From the IMG/VR virus record IMGVR_UViG_2585427754_000011: a stretch of DNA of 39,448 nucleotides; one strand, 5' to 3'. Source of the stretch: a virus. Lineage: Duplodnaviria; Heunggongvirae; Uroviricota; Caudoviricetes. Positions 16,820 to 26,555 of the stretch are shown here, piece by piece. A program made the position numbers and the translations under genes. The notes under the pieces were generated by a model, which saw nothing but the letters and a program-made list of their open reading frames with translations, was not told where the DNA came from and ran no database searches. Position 1 is the first letter of the stretch. Each line of letters opens with the position of its first letter.

Positions 16820-16865
16820 GGCACAAACCTACAGCCTTGAATGACGGCTTTCCCCGCCTGCGGTT

Positions 16866-16883
16866 TGTGTGGTTGTCGGTACA
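16866..16883. promoter_or_regulatory. Late-promoter activator site (TGT-N12-ACA)
   Basis: TGT gtggttgtcggt ACA, 79-96 bp upstream of O in the P/O divergent region. Confidence 0.4.
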
Positions 16884-16961
16884 AATACCGCGCATTGTTT
16901 CACTGCCCCCATCACCGCAACCATAAGGCTCCAGTAAGTTTTTTCTAACGGAGCACGGCTC

Positions 16962-17795
16962 ATGACAGTGAAAGCAAAGCGTTTTCGCATCGGGGTGGAA
17001 GGTGCCACCACCGACGGACGCGAAATCCAGCGTGAATGGCTGGAACAGATGGCAGCCAGCTACAACCCGGCGGTGTATACCGCGCTGATTAACCTTGAGC
17101 ACATCAAGTCTTATCTGCCGGACAGCACCTTTAACCGCTACGGCAAGGTGACGGCGCTGTTTGCTGAAGAAATCACGGAAGGTCCGCTGGCAGGCAAGAT
17201 GGCGCTGTATGCCGACGTTGAGCCAACGGAGTCCCTGGTGGAGCTGGTGAAAAAAGGCCAGAAATTATTCACCTCTATGGAAGTCAGCCCGAAGTTCGCT
17301 GATACGGGCAAAGCCTACCTGGTCGGCCTGGCTGCCACTGATGACCCTGCCAGTCTGGGCACTGAAATGCTGACATTCAGCGCCAGTGCAGCCCATAACC
17401 CACTGGCAAACCGCAAGCAGAATCCTGCCAATCTCTTTACCGCTGCAGAGGAAACGGTGATCGAACTGGAAGAAATCCAGGACGACAAACCGTCCCTGTT
17501 TGCCCGTGTCACGGCGCTGTTTACCAAAAAAGAGCAGTCCGATGACGCCCGGTTCTCTGATGTGCATAAGGCCGTGGAGCTGGTCGCCACTGAGCAGCAG
17601 AACCTGAGCGCACGCACCGAAAAATCCCTGTCTGAGCAGGAAGAACGCCTGTCTGAGCTGGAGACTGCCCTGCAGGCACAGCAAACCGCCTTTAACGAAC
17701 TGGTGGACAAGCTGAGTCATGAAGACAGCCGCCAGGACTACCGCCAGCGTGCAACAGGCGGTAACGCCCCCGCTGACACTCTGACCAATTGCTGA
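16962..17795 (+). CDS. O: Capsid scaffold protein (gpO)
   Basis: FRIGVEGATTDGREI...LVGLAATDDPASLGTE matches P2 gpO as recalled. Confidence 0.85.
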   Translation: MTVKAKRFRIGVEGATTDGREIQREWLEQMAASYNPAVYTALINLEHIKSYLPDSTFNRYGKVTALFAEEITEGPLAGKMALYADVEPTESLVELVKKGQKLFTSMEVSPKFADTGKAYLVGLAATDDPASLGTEMLTFSASAAHNPLANRKQNPANLFTAAEETVIELEEIQDDKPSLFARVTALFTKKEQSDDARFSDVHKAVELVATEQQNLSARTEKSLSEQEERLSELETALQAQQTAFNELVDKLSHEDSRQDYRQRATGGNAPADTLTNC

Positions 17796-17811
17796 TGGAG
17801 CACAAAACCCG

Positions 17812-18870
17812 ATGAAGAAGAATACCCGCTTTGCTTTTAACGCTTACCTGCAGCAGCTGGCGCGTCTGAACGGTGTGGCAGTTGAAGAACTGTCCAGCAA
17901 GTTCACCGTGGAGCCGTCTGTACAGCAGACGCTGGAAGACCAGATCCAGCAGTCCGCCGCTTTCCTGACGCTGATTAACGTCACGCCAGTGACTGAGCAG
18001 TCCGGTCAGCTGCTGGGGTTGGGTGTTGGCAGCACCATTGCCGGAACCACTGACACCACCGCGAAAGAGCGTGAACCTGTCGATCCTACGCTGATGGTCG
18101 ATGTGGAATACAAATGCGAGCAGACCAACTTTGACACGGTACTGACCTACGCGAAGCTGGACCTGTGGGCGAAGTTTCAGGATTTCCAGGTGCGTATCCG
18201 TGACGCCATCGTGAAACGTCAGGCACTGGACCGCATCATGATCGGCTTTAACGGCGTGAAGCGTGCGAAAACCTCCAACCGTAGCGAAAACCCGCTGCTG
18301 CAGGATGTGAACAAAGGCTGGTTACAGAAAATCCGTGAGGATGCACCGGATCACGTCATGGGCAGCAGCACCACGGGCGGTGAAACCACACCGCGTGCGG
18401 TGAAAGTCGGTAAAGGTGGCGAATATGCCAACCTGGACGCCGTGGTGATGGATGCCGTCAATGAGCTTATCGACGTTGTCTACCAGGACGATGACGATCT
18501 GGTGGTGATTTGCGGGCGTGAACTGCTGTCTGACAAGTATTTCCCGCTGGTCAACAAAGAGCAGGAAAACAGTGAAAAACTGGCTGCCGATATGATCATC
18601 AGTCAGAAACGCATGGGTGGCCTGCAGGCGGTGCGTGCGCCGTTCTTCCCGCCGAATGCGCTGCTGATCACCCGTCTGGATAACCTGTCCATCTACTGGC
18701 AGGAAGATACCCGCCGCCGTTCAGTTATCGACAACCCGAAACGTGACCGGATTGAAAATTTTGAATCCGTTAACGAAGCCTATGTGGTTGAGGACTATCG
18801 CTGCGCTGCACTGGTGGAAAACATCCAGATTGGTGACTTCAGCGCCGCCGCAGCAGAAACCGGAGCGTAA
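17812..18870 (+). CDS. N: Major capsid protein (gpN)
   Basis: RFAFNAYL...KFTVEPSV...LQDV..GWLQK matches P2 gpN as recalled. Confidence 0.9.
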   Translation: MKKNTRFAFNAYLQQLARLNGVAVEELSSKFTVEPSVQQTLEDQIQQSAAFLTLINVTPVTEQSGQLLGLGVGSTIAGTTDTTAKEREPVDPTLMVDVEYKCEQTNFDTVLTYAKLDLWAKFQDFQVRIRDAIVKRQALDRIMIGFNGVKRAKTSNRSENPLLQDVNKGWLQKIREDAPDHVMGSSTTGGETTPRAVKVGKGGEYANLDAVVMDAVNELIDVVYQDDDDLVVICGRELLSDKYFPLVNKEQENSEKLAADMIISQKRMGGLQAVRAPFFPPNALLITRLDNLSIYWQEDTRRRSVIDNPKRDRIENFESVNEAYVVEDYRCAALVENIQIGDFSAAAAETGA

Positions 18871-18873
18871 TTC

Positions 18874-19524
18874 ATGAGCCTGAGTCCCGCACGGCAGCAT
18901 CGCCTGCGCGTTCAGGCTGAACAGGCCGCTCGCGAGGGTGGTAGTGTTCGCCACGCGTCGGGCTATGACCTGATGCTGCTGCAACTGGCGGAAGACCGCC
19001 GTCGTCTCAAGGGCGTTCAGTCCACGGTCAAAAAAGCGGAAATCAAGGTGGAGCTGCTGCCGAAATATGCCGCCTGGGCGGAGGGCGTTCTGGCTGCCGG
19101 AGGCGCTCAACAGGATGACGTGCTGATGTACGTGATGCTGTGGCGCATTGATGCCGGAGATTATGCCGGGGCGCTGGAGATCGGGCGTCATGCCCTGCGT
19201 CATGGCTGGGTGATGCCGCTGGGTAACCGCAACGTGCAGACCGTGCTGGCAGAGGAAATGGCAGATGCAGCCCAGAGCGCAATGCTTGCCGCCACCTGCT
19301 TTGATGCCGACCTGTTGCTGCAGACGCTGGAGCTGACAGACGGTCTGGATATGCCGGACCAGTCACGGGCGCGTCTGCATAAAGCGATTGGCGCTGTCCT
19401 GAGTGAAAGCAACCCGGCTTCCGCCCTTAATCATCTCAACCATGCGTTACAGCTCGATCCTCGCTGTGGCGTGAAAAAAGACAAACAGCAGCTGGAGCGC
19501 AGACTGCGCAATGACAGCCGCTGA
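18874..19524 (+). CDS. M: Terminase small (endonuclease) subunit (gpM)
   Basis: Position and size (216 aa) in the O-N-M-L block. Confidence 0.75.
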   Translation: MSLSPARQHRLRVQAEQAAREGGSVRHASGYDLMLLQLAEDRRRLKGVQSTVKKAEIKVELLPKYAAWAEGVLAAGGAQQDDVLMYVMLWRIDAGDYAGALEIGRHALRHGWVMPLGNRNVQTVLAEEMADAAQSAMLAATCFDADLLLQTLELTDGLDMPDQSRARLHKAIGAVLSESNPASALNHLNHALQLDPRCGVKKDKQQLERRLRNDSR

Positions 19525-19619
19525 CAGAACGTGCCCCCGCGCACGGGCGGCACGGGGTGGCGAAAGGCACTGCCACATCAAAACCCCGTCCACCGCCCTC
19601 TATTTCAGGAGAAAGCAGC

Positions 19620-20084
19620 ATGAAGTTTGTTGCGCCAGAACAGGCACCGGAACAGGCGGAAATCATCAGGAATACGCCGTTCTGGCCTGATGTGGACCTG
19701 TCGGAGTTTCGCAGCGTGATGCGCACTGACGGCACGGTGACGCAGCCGCGTTTAAAGCAGGTTGCGCTGTCGGCAATTTCGGAGGTCAACGCAGAGCTGT
19801 ATGAGTTTCGCAGACGTCAGCAGATGCTGGGGTATGTGTCACTGGCTGAGGTTCCGGCGGAACAGCTGGACGGCAAAAGTGAGCGCATTCAGCACTATTT
19901 CAACGCGGTTTACTGCTGGGCACGCGCCATGCTCAACGAACGATACCAGGACTATGACGCCACGGCATCCGGTGTGAAGCGAGGCGAGGAACTGGCGGAA
20001 GCCAGCGGTGATTTGTGGCGTGACGCCCGCTGGGCCATCAGCCGGGTGCAGGATGCGCCGCACTGCACAGTGGAGCTTATCTGA
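19620..20084 (+). CDS. L: Head completion protein (gpL)
   Basis: ATG at 19620 with CAGGAG RBS (the ORF-track start at 19557 is GTG). Confidence 0.7.
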   Translation: MKFVAPEQAPEQAEIIRNTPFWPDVDLSEFRSVMRTDGTVTQPRLKQVALSAISEVNAELYEFRRRQQMLGYVSLAEVPAEQLDGKSERIQHYFNAVYCWARAMLNERYQDYDATASGVKRGEELAEASGDLWRDARWAISRVQDAPHCTVELI

Positions 20085-20287
20085 TGAAAGTGCGTGCGCA
20101 TCAGTATGACACGGTGGACGCGCTTTGCTGGCGTCATTACGGGCGCACGCAGGGTGTCACGGAGCAGGTACTGAAGGCAAATCCGGGGCTTGCCGAATTT
20201 GGCCCCTTTTTACCTCACGGGCTGCAGGTGGAGCTGCCGGACATTCCGACCACCACCACCGTGCAGACCGTCCAGCTATGGGACTGA
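20084..20287 (+). CDS. X: Tail protein X (gpX)
   Basis: 67-aa ORF in the gpX position. Confidence 0.6.
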   Translation: MKVRAHQYDTVDALCWRHYGRTQGVTEQVLKANPGLAEFGPFLPHGLQVELPDIPTTTTVQTVQLWD

Positions 20288-20290
20288 ATT

Positions 20291-20506
20291 ATGACGCTTG
20301 AGCGAATCAGCGCCTTTATCACGTATTGCATCGCCGTTGTGCTGGCCTGGCTGGGCGATTTGTCCATCAAGGATGCCTCAACGCTGGGCGGCCTGATGAT
20401 CGGTGTGCTGATGCTGGCTATCAACTGGTACTACAAACACAAAGCCTACCAGCTTCTGCGCGACGGGCAGATCTCGCGGGAGGACTATGAATCCATCAAT
20501 CGTTAA
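20291..20506 (+). CDS. Y: Holin (gpY-like)
   Basis: 71-aa protein with hydrophobic helices, directly upstream of the endolysin. Confidence 0.6.
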   Translation: MTLERISAFITYCIAVVLAWLGDLSIKDASTLGGLMIGVLMLAINWYYKHKAYQLLRDGQISREDYESINR

Positions 20507-20999
20507 ACGCTGCCTTGTCGGGGCCGTGCTGGCTATTGCTGCCACGCTGCCGGGGTTTCAGCAACTTCACACCTCCGTGGAGGGGCTGAAACTGATTGCC
20601 GATTACGAAGGCTGTCGTCTGCAGCCGTATCAGTGCAGCGCGGGTGTCTGGACCGACGGCATTGGTAATACGTCGGGCGTCATTCCCGGCAAAACTATTA
20701 CGGAACGACAGGCAGCAGAAGGGCTGATCTCCAACGTGCTACGTGTGGAGCGGGCGCTGGAAAGGTGTGTGAAGCAACAGCCGCCGCAGAAGGTGTATGA
20801 CGCTACGGTGTCGTTTGCCTTCAACGTGGGGACGGGCAATGCCTGTAGTTCCACGCTGGTGAAATTGCTCAATCAGCGGCGCTGGGCGGATGCGTGCCGA
20901 CAGTTGCCGCGCTGGGTTTATGTGAAAGGTGTTTTTAATCAGGGGCTGGATAACCGCCGTGCGCGGGAGATGGCCTGGTGCTTACAGGGAGCAAACTGA
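20487..20999 (+). CDS. K: Endolysin (phage lysozyme)
   Basis: EGLKLIADYEGCRLQPYQC...GVWTDGIGNT is lysozyme-like. Confidence 0.8.
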   Translation: MNPSIVKRCLVGAVLAIAATLPGFQQLHTSVEGLKLIADYEGCRLQPYQCSAGVWTDGIGNTSGVIPGKTITERQAAEGLISNVLRVERALERCVKQQPPQKVYDATVSFAFNVGTGNACSSTLVKLLNQRRWADACRQLPRWVYVKGVFNQGLDNRRAREMAWCLQGAN

Positions 21000-21000
21000 A

Positions 21001-21378
21001 ATGAAAAAGAAAGTAATCAGCGGGCTGTTTCTGATGTTATGGATGGCGCTGTTGATCGCAGCAATGGTGTATCCGCAGGGGATTTTTCCGGTACTGGCAG
21101 CGTCCGGTGTCTGGGTAGCCTGTCTGCTGACATGGGCGGTAATTCCGGTAGCACTGGCTGCGTTAATTAAGAACGGCCCGCTCTGGCAGGAGTTGAGGGC
21201 ATCTTTGCTAAAGACCATTACCCGAAAAGAAAACGTATTTATCAGCTGGGTGATGCGATTGCTGATTGTCGTAAGTTTCGCCTGGACGGGGTGGGCTATT
21301 ACCCTGGTCTTTTATCTGCTGACCGTTATTGCCTTCTGGATGATCCGTAATCAGATTGCGCAACAGGTAGCAGCATGA
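21001..21378 (+). CDS. lysA: LysA-like membrane protein
   Basis: Multiple hydrophobic segments; positional equivalent of P2 lysA. Confidence 0.5.
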   Translation: MKKKVISGLFLMLWMALLIAAMVYPQGIFPVLAASGVWVACLLTWAVIPVALAALIKNGPLWQELRASLLKTITRKENVFISWVMRLLIVVSFAWTGWAITLVFYLLTVIAFWMIRNQIAQQVAA

Positions 21379-21803
21379 ACCGGTTGCTGCTGGTTGTGCT
21401 GGCGTTATTACTGGCGGCGCTGGGCTGGCAGACGTGGCGGCTGGCTGATGCCAGCCAGACCATCAGCACGCAGGCAGACGAGCTTCGGAGCAAAAGCCAG
21501 GCACTGGCAAAGAGCAACAGCCAGCTTATCAGCCTGTCCATTCTGACTGAAACCAATAACCGGGAGCAGGCGCGGCTCTATGCCGAAGCAGAACAGACCA
21601 GTGTACTGCTGAGACAACGACAACACCGGATTGAGGAACTGAAACGTGAGAACGAGGATTTACGCCGCTGGGCTGATACTCCTTTGCCTGCTGACATTAT
21701 CCGGCTGCGGGAACGCCCCACACTCACCGGAGGTGCAGCTTACCGTCAGTGGTTGTCCGCGAGTGACGCCGTGTCGGCTGGATCAGGCAATGCCGCGCAC
21801 TAA
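21375..21803 (+). CDS. lysB: i-spanin (LysB/Rz-like)
   Basis: N-terminal TM segment then a coiled-coil-like region. Confidence 0.65.
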   Translation: MNRLLLVVLALLLAALGWQTWRLADASQTISTQADELRSKSQALAKSNSQLISLSILTETNNREQARLYAEAEQTSVLLRQRQHRIEELKRENEDLRRWADTPLPADIIRLRERPTLTGGAAYRQWLSASDAVSAGSGNAAH

Positions 21804-21936
21804 CGGTGATCTGAACGCGTTGCTGGATGAAACGGAGGCTGCCTGGGCGGTCTGTGCAGACAAAGTGGACATGATTATTGCGTGTCAGGAGCGAAACAGT
21901 GAACAAACCACAATCCCTGCGCCACGCCCTCAATAA
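21646..21936 (+). CDS. lysC: o-spanin lipoprotein (LysC/Rz1-like), embedded in and extending past lysB
   Basis: Signal peptide with lipobox LTLSGC; alternate frame overlapping the lysB 3' end; GTG start. Confidence 0.55.
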   Translation: MRTRIYAAGLILLCLLTLSGCGNAPHSPEVQLTVSGCPRVTPCRLDQAMPRTNGDLNALLDETEAAWAVCADKVDMIIACQERNSEQTTIPAPRPQ

Positions 21937-22330
21937 AGCGGTGCCTTATGTCCGCAATAACCCGGACAAACTGCATCTGTTTGTGGATAACGGTTCGCTA
22001 GTTGCTACGGGGGCCAGCTCCATGTCATGGGAGTACCGTTACACCCTGAACGTGGTGATTGAGGATTTCAGCGGCGACCAGAATCTGTTGATGGCCCCGG
22101 TTTTGCTGTGGCTGCGAGATAACCAGCCCGATGCAATCAATAACCCGGTGTTACGGGAAAAGTTATTCACCTTTGAAGTGGATATTTTGCGCAACGATGT
22201 CTGTGATATCAGCCTTAACCTGCAACTGACGGAACGTGTGCTGGTCAGCACTGACGGCACTGTGTCCAGCGTTGAAGCTGTAGCGGAACCCGATGAACCT
22301 GAAGAAGTGTGGACGGTGAAACGTGGCTGA
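21899..22330 (+). CDS. R: Tail completion protein R
   Basis: KPQSLRHAL...FVDNGS matches the P2 gpR N-terminus as recalled; GTG at 21899 after AGGAG. Confidence 0.75.
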   Translation: MNKPQSLRHALNKAVPYVRNNPDKLHLFVDNGSLVATGASSMSWEYRYTLNVVIEDFSGDQNLLMAPVLLWLRDNQPDAINNPVLREKLFTFEVDILRNDVCDISLNLQLTERVLVSTDGTVSSVEAVAEPDEPEEVWTVKRG

Positions 22331-22766
22331 ACTGCAGAAGGTGGACGACTGGCTGAGTGCTTTGCTGGCGAATCTGGAACCAGCCGCAAGAAGCCGCATG
22401 ATGCGCCAGCTGGCGCAGGAACTTCGGCGGACACAGCAGCAGAATATCAGGATGCAGCGCAACCCTGACGGCAGCAGCTATGAACCGCGACGGGTAACAG
22501 CACGCAGTAAAAAAGGCCGTATCAAACGTCAGATGTTTGCAAAGCTGCGCACCACAAAATACCTGAAAACTGCCGCCAGTGCCGATTCTGCCAGCGTGCA
22601 GTTTGAAGGCAAGGTACAGCGCATTGCCCGTGTTCATCACTACGGCCTGCGTGATCGCGTCAGTCGAAATGGACCAGAAGTGCGATATGCTGAGCGGCAG
22701 TTACTTGGCATAGATTCTAAAATAACCGCCGTTATTCGTAATAAGCTATTTGAGTTTATTAAATAA
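22323..22766 (+). CDS. S: Tail completion protein S (C-terminal tail encoded by AT-rich DNA)
   Basis: Position and size of gpS; the last ~18 codons switch abruptly to AT-rich sequence. Confidence 0.75.
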   Translation: MAELQKVDDWLSALLANLEPAARSRMMRQLAQELRRTQQQNIRMQRNPDGSSYEPRRVTARSKKGRIKRQMFAKLRTTKYLKTAASADSASVQFEGKVQRIARVHHYGLRDRVSRNGPEVRYAERQLLGIDSKITAVIRNKLFEFIK

Positions 22767-22772
22767 AAACTC

Positions 22773-24569
22773 TCAGGATTGTGATAAATTTATTAAACAT
22801 TGACAAAAATATTTAATGTCGTCACATATTTCATCTTTATTCATGTGTTCCAGAACTTCATCTCGAGTAATTGAGAAGTTATGTTTTAGTGAATTTTCGC
22901 CACTAATGAAAATTTCTTTTCCATGTGCGTCTTTTAAGGCTGCAGCTATATCTGTAGATGTTATCGAATCAGGGATAGCTAACGCATGCCTATCTCTAAA
23001 GAAGCTACGTATATCTTCTTCAGATGTCTCTGCAGCTCTTGCGATGGCTGATATATCTAGAAAGTAATTTTCAATGTGTCTGCGACGCCATTTCATGGCT
23101 AAAAAATCACTATCGCCGTGATTAGTTGATTTATCTTTAAGATCTGCTCCTACAGAATGGTCGCTATCATCATCACGATCGCGCATGCTAATGGCTTTTA
23201 AGTCAGGGATTTCATTTTTTAATTGTTTGTATAATTGAAACCTTTCTGAAGATTTTCCAGTCCAAAGCCATGTGACAATATTTTTTGGCCATGTTAGTTC
23301 TAACTTTTTAAATATTTTTTTTAGGAATCTTTCATCGCTAACACCTTCAACAATCAATAATCTTTTGTCTTCGGTAAGCTTATGGATTTTGGGGCTAAAG
23401 ATCGTGCCAATTCCACTTAATAGACCTATTTTTTCATTATCAGAACCAAGGTATTTCCCTCTGGAATTTGATAGTGCCAAAATTTTCTGTGGTTCATAAG
23501 CCCTGATTAACTCAGTAGAGTGTGTTGCCAATAGGACCTGCTTTCCTTTTTTAATTGTTATCTCTTCTAAACGTTCAGTTAGATTTTTCTGTAATTGTGT
23601 ATGTAGGTGAGCATCTGGTTCATCTAGTAGAATGACATTAAATTCTTCTGATAAGGCCAATGTATATACACTTAACCATTGAAGAAAACCGCTTCCTTCA
23701 ACCATAATATCTCTAGCATTGAAGTTTTTGTGTTTTTTAAATTGATAACCATTGACAACGCCAGCGACACATTCAATTTTTAAGTAACTATGATATTGTT
23801 CATTAAATGGAGTTACTTCAAGTTTTAAAGAAAAAAGGTCAAAGAGTGTTTTTTGTAATATTTCCCAAGGGTCTGTTTCCCTTAATAAATTAAGGTCTTT
23901 ATTGGCGATTTTGTTTCGCCCTTCTTTTAACCTCCGGCGTTTGTTTTGATTCTCTAGGTGAATATCGTAAATAGAATTTCTGATTACTCCACCAGAAAGC
24001 CCCTGACCGATTAGTCGATTCCTCATTGCTGGGCTAAGACGGCTTTCTCGGTCTGTAATACCTGCAAATGGAGGGAGATAAGCTATCTGGGGTATATTCT
24101 CATTATTTGGAGAACCATCGTCATTCTGTATTTCTTGTAAAGCAAGGTTGCTAGATGTATTTTTTATAAATAATCTATCATTTGCTAATGATAAACCGAT
24201 CTCTAAAAACTTCTCATTTTTTAAACTATCATCCCAAAAAAGCTTTATCTTTAGAGTATAACCATCATCTTCTGTTTGTTTTTGAGATTTTAAATTGGTC
24301 CATAAGTGGCTTAAAGACGGTATAAACATCGGCGTGAAATCGACAATGCCTAGTCCGACACCTTGATTTGTCGCATTTTCAGTCCAACTCACTCTTCCTT
24401 TTTCAATTTCTAAAAGAGTCTTACAGAATTGCCACGTTGCCATTGCTTGCAGTAACGATGATTTACCGGAATTGTTCCCGCCGACCAGGAGGCTTAATTC
24501 GTCATTTAATTGTATTGTTGAGTTTTTATATTTTTTAAATTTCTTAAGCTCTACTTTTTTTATGTACAT
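22773..24569 (-). CDS. OLD-family nuclease (ABC-type ATPase + Toprim), 598 aa
   Basis: Walker A GGNNSGKSS, Walker B ILLDEPDAHLH, H-loop LLATHS, then Toprim-like LLIVEGVSDE and RDRDDD. Convergent with S, sharing a terminator hairpin; strongly AT-rich. Confidence 0.75.
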   Translation of the reverse strand: MYIKKVELKKFKKYKNSTIQLNDELSLLVGGNNSGKSSLLQAMATWQFCKTLLEIEKGRVSWTENATNQGVGLGIVDFTPMFIPSLSHLWTNLKSQKQTEDDGYTLKIKLFWDDSLKNEKFLEIGLSLANDRLFIKNTSSNLALQEIQNDDGSPNNENIPQIAYLPPFAGITDRESRLSPAMRNRLIGQGLSGGVIRNSIYDIHLENQNKRRRLKEGRNKIANKDLNLLRETDPWEILQKTLFDLFSLKLEVTPFNEQYHSYLKIECVAGVVNGYQFKKHKNFNARDIMVEGSGFLQWLSVYTLALSEEFNVILLDEPDAHLHTQLQKNLTERLEEITIKKGKQVLLATHSTELIRAYEPQKILALSNSRGKYLGSDNEKIGLLSGIGTIFSPKIHKLTEDKRLLIVEGVSDERFLKKIFKKLELTWPKNIVTWLWTGKSSERFQLYKQLKNEIPDLKAISMRDRDDDSDHSVGADLKDKSTNHGDSDFLAMKWRRRHIENYFLDISAIARAAETSEEDIRSFFRDRHALAIPDSITSTDIAAALKDAHGKEIFISGENSLKHNFSITRDEVLEHMNKDEICDDIKYFCQCLINLSQS

Positions 24570-24659
24570 AGTGGAGATACCTAACCTTTATTAAACCAAA
24601 TCGCCTCATCATGAGAACTGGGACAGTTTACTATCTACTGAATTGTTTCTAAAGAGAAT

Positions 24660-24677
24660 TGTATCAAGTTCCAGACA
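24660..24677. promoter_or_regulatory. Candidate late-promoter activator site (TGT-N12-ACA) upstream of V
   Basis: TGT atcaagttccag ACA, 49-66 bp upstream of the V ATG; a little close for a canonical late promoter. Confidence 0.3.
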
Positions 24678-24725
24678 ATTACAATCCATTTTGGACACGC
24701 CCAATATGTGGCAATTTTTTAAGCT

Positions 24726-25304
24726 ATGAACGCACAATTAACCGAAATCATGCGCCTTATCACCAACCTGATCCGCACTGGGGTAGTCACCGAAGTGGAC
24801 CGGGAGAACTGGCTTTGCCGGGTGAAAACGGGCGACCTTGAAACCAACTGGATCAGCTGGCTGACGCTGCGTGCCGGGAATGCCCGCACATGGTGGCGAC
24901 CATCGGAAGGTGAACAGGTGGTGCTGCTGAGTCTGGGCGGAAATCTTGAAACCGCCTTTGCGCTGCCCGCCATCTATTCGAATCAGTTCGCACCACCGTC
25001 GACGTCGGCGGACGCCTGCGTGACAGAACATCCTGACGGTGGCTGGTTTGAATACGAACCCGCCACCGGGCGCTGGTATGTCAGAGGCATCAAATCAATG
25101 GTCATTGAGGCCGCTGACAACATCACCCTGAAAACCAGTGAGTTTGTGCTGGAGGCTGACCACACGCGTATTAACAGCGAAGTGGTGATCAATGGTGGCG
25201 TTACCCAGGGCGGCGGTGCAATGAGTTCTAACGGAATTGTGGTTGATGCACATCAGCATACTGGCGTCCTGAAAGGCGGCGACACAACCGGAGGCCCGGT
25301 ATGA
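24726..25304 (+). CDS. V: Baseplate spike protein V
   Basis: 192-aa ORF in the gpV position, first gene of the baseplate block. Confidence 0.8.
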   Translation: MNAQLTEIMRLITNLIRTGVVTEVDRENWLCRVKTGDLETNWISWLTLRAGNARTWWRPSEGEQVVLLSLGGNLETAFALPAIYSNQFAPPSTSADACVTEHPDGGWFEYEPATGRWYVRGIKSMVIEAADNITLKTSEFVLEADHTRINSEVVINGGVTQGGGAMSSNGIVVDAHQHTGVLKGGDTTGGPV

Positions 25305-25660
25305 CGCTTTATAGCGGGATGAACAATACCAGCGGCAAAGCTATTACTGATATTGACCATCTGCGCCAGTCGGTGCGGGACATTCTGCTGACACCGCAGG
25401 GTAGCCGCATTGCCCGCCGGGAATATGGTTCCCTGCTGTCGGCACTGATAGACCAGCCACAAAATCCGGCGTTACGCCTGCAGGTCATGTCGGCAGTGTA
25501 TGTGGCGCTGAGTCGCTGGGAGCCACGGCTGACGCTGGATTCCATCACCATCAACAGCAACTTTGACGGTTCTATGGTGGTGGAGCTGACCGGGCGGCGG
25601 AATAACGGTGTGCCTGTGTCCCTTTCCGTATCAACAGGAGCAGAGAATGGCAGTGATTGA
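25301..25660 (+). CDS. W: Baseplate protein W
   Basis: 119-aa ORF overlapping V and J starts, as in P2. Confidence 0.75.
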   Translation: MTLYSGMNNTSGKAITDIDHLRQSVRDILLTPQGSRIARREYGSLLSALIDQPQNPALRLQVMSAVYVALSRWEPRLTLDSITINSNFDGSMVVELTGRRNNGVPVSLSVSTGAENGSD

Positions 25661-26555
25661 CCTTTCGCAGTTGCCTGCGCCGCAGATTGTGGATGTGCCG
25701 GACTTTGAGACGCTGCTTACCGAACGCAAGGCAGAATTTGTGGCGCTTCATCCGAAAGATGAGCAGGAAGCAGTGATCCGCACGCTGGAACTGGAATCTG
25801 AACCCGTCACCAAATTGTTGCAGGAGAATGCTTACCGTGAGTTGCTTCTGCGCCAGCGCATTAACGAAGCCGCGCATGCTGTGATGGTGGCTTACGCGAT
25901 GGGCGGCGATCTTGACCAGCTCGCTGCCAACTACAACGTGAAACGCCTGACGGTGACGCCTGCTGATAATGACGCTGTGCCACCCGTTGCGGCTGTGATG
26001 GAAAGCGATGAAGCGTTACGCCTGCGTGTGCCTGCGGCTTTTGAAGGGCTTTCGGTTGCGGGGCCAACCGCAGCTTATGAATTTCATGCCCGAAGCGCCG
26101 ACGGTCGGGTGGCGGATGCCAGTGCAACCAGCCCGGCACCTGCAGAGGTGGTACTGACTGTCCTTAGCCGCGAAGGCGACGGAACAGCAGAAAAAGACCT
26201 GCTGGATGTGGTGGAGAACGCCCTGAACAGTGAGAACGTCCGCCCGGTGGCTGACCGTCTGACGGTTCGCAGCGCAGAAATCATACCGTACCGCGTGGAA
26301 GCCACCATTTTTCTCTATCCGGGGCCGGAAGCAGAGCCGGTAATGGCAGCGGCAAAAGCCAGCCTGCAGAAGTACATCGCCAGTCAGACGCGGCTTGGTC
26401 GGGATATTCGCCGTAGCGCCATCTTTGCCGCCCTGCATGTTGAGGGTGTGCAGCGTGTGGAGCTGGCTTCGCCGCTGGCGGATGTGGTTTTGAACAAAAC
26501 GCAGGCGGCATCATGTACGGAGTGGAGCGTGACCAACGGGGGAACGGATGAATAG
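25647..26555 (+). CDS. J: Baseplate protein J
   Basis: ATG at 25647 with AGGAGCAGAGA RBS (ORF-track start at 25608 is upstream). Confidence 0.85.
   Translation: MAVIDLSQLPAPQIVDVPDFETLLTERKAEFVALHPKDEQEAVIRTLELESEPVTKLLQENAYRELLLRQRINEAAHAVMVAYAMGGDLDQLAANYNVKRLTVTPADNDAVPPVAAVMESDEALRLRVPAAFEGLSVAGPTAAYEFHARSADGRVADASATSPAPAEVVLTVLSREGDGTAEKDLLDVVENALNSENVRPVADRLTVRSAEIIPYRVEATIFLYPGPEAEPVMAAAKASLQKYIASQTRLGRDIRRSAIFAALHVEGVQRVELASPLADVVLNKTQAASCTEWSVTNGGTDE

Noticed and set aside
20929-21000. ORF-track start at 20929 for the lysA-like gene
   Set aside because: It would overlap the endolysin 3' end in another frame; the ATG at 21001 directly after the endolysin stop is the more plausible start.
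22773-24569. Calling the ATPase-Toprim protein Gabija
   Set aside because: No GajB-like UvrD-family helicase gene adjacent; neighbours are phage tail genes S and V. Only the family-level (OLD-like) call is supported.
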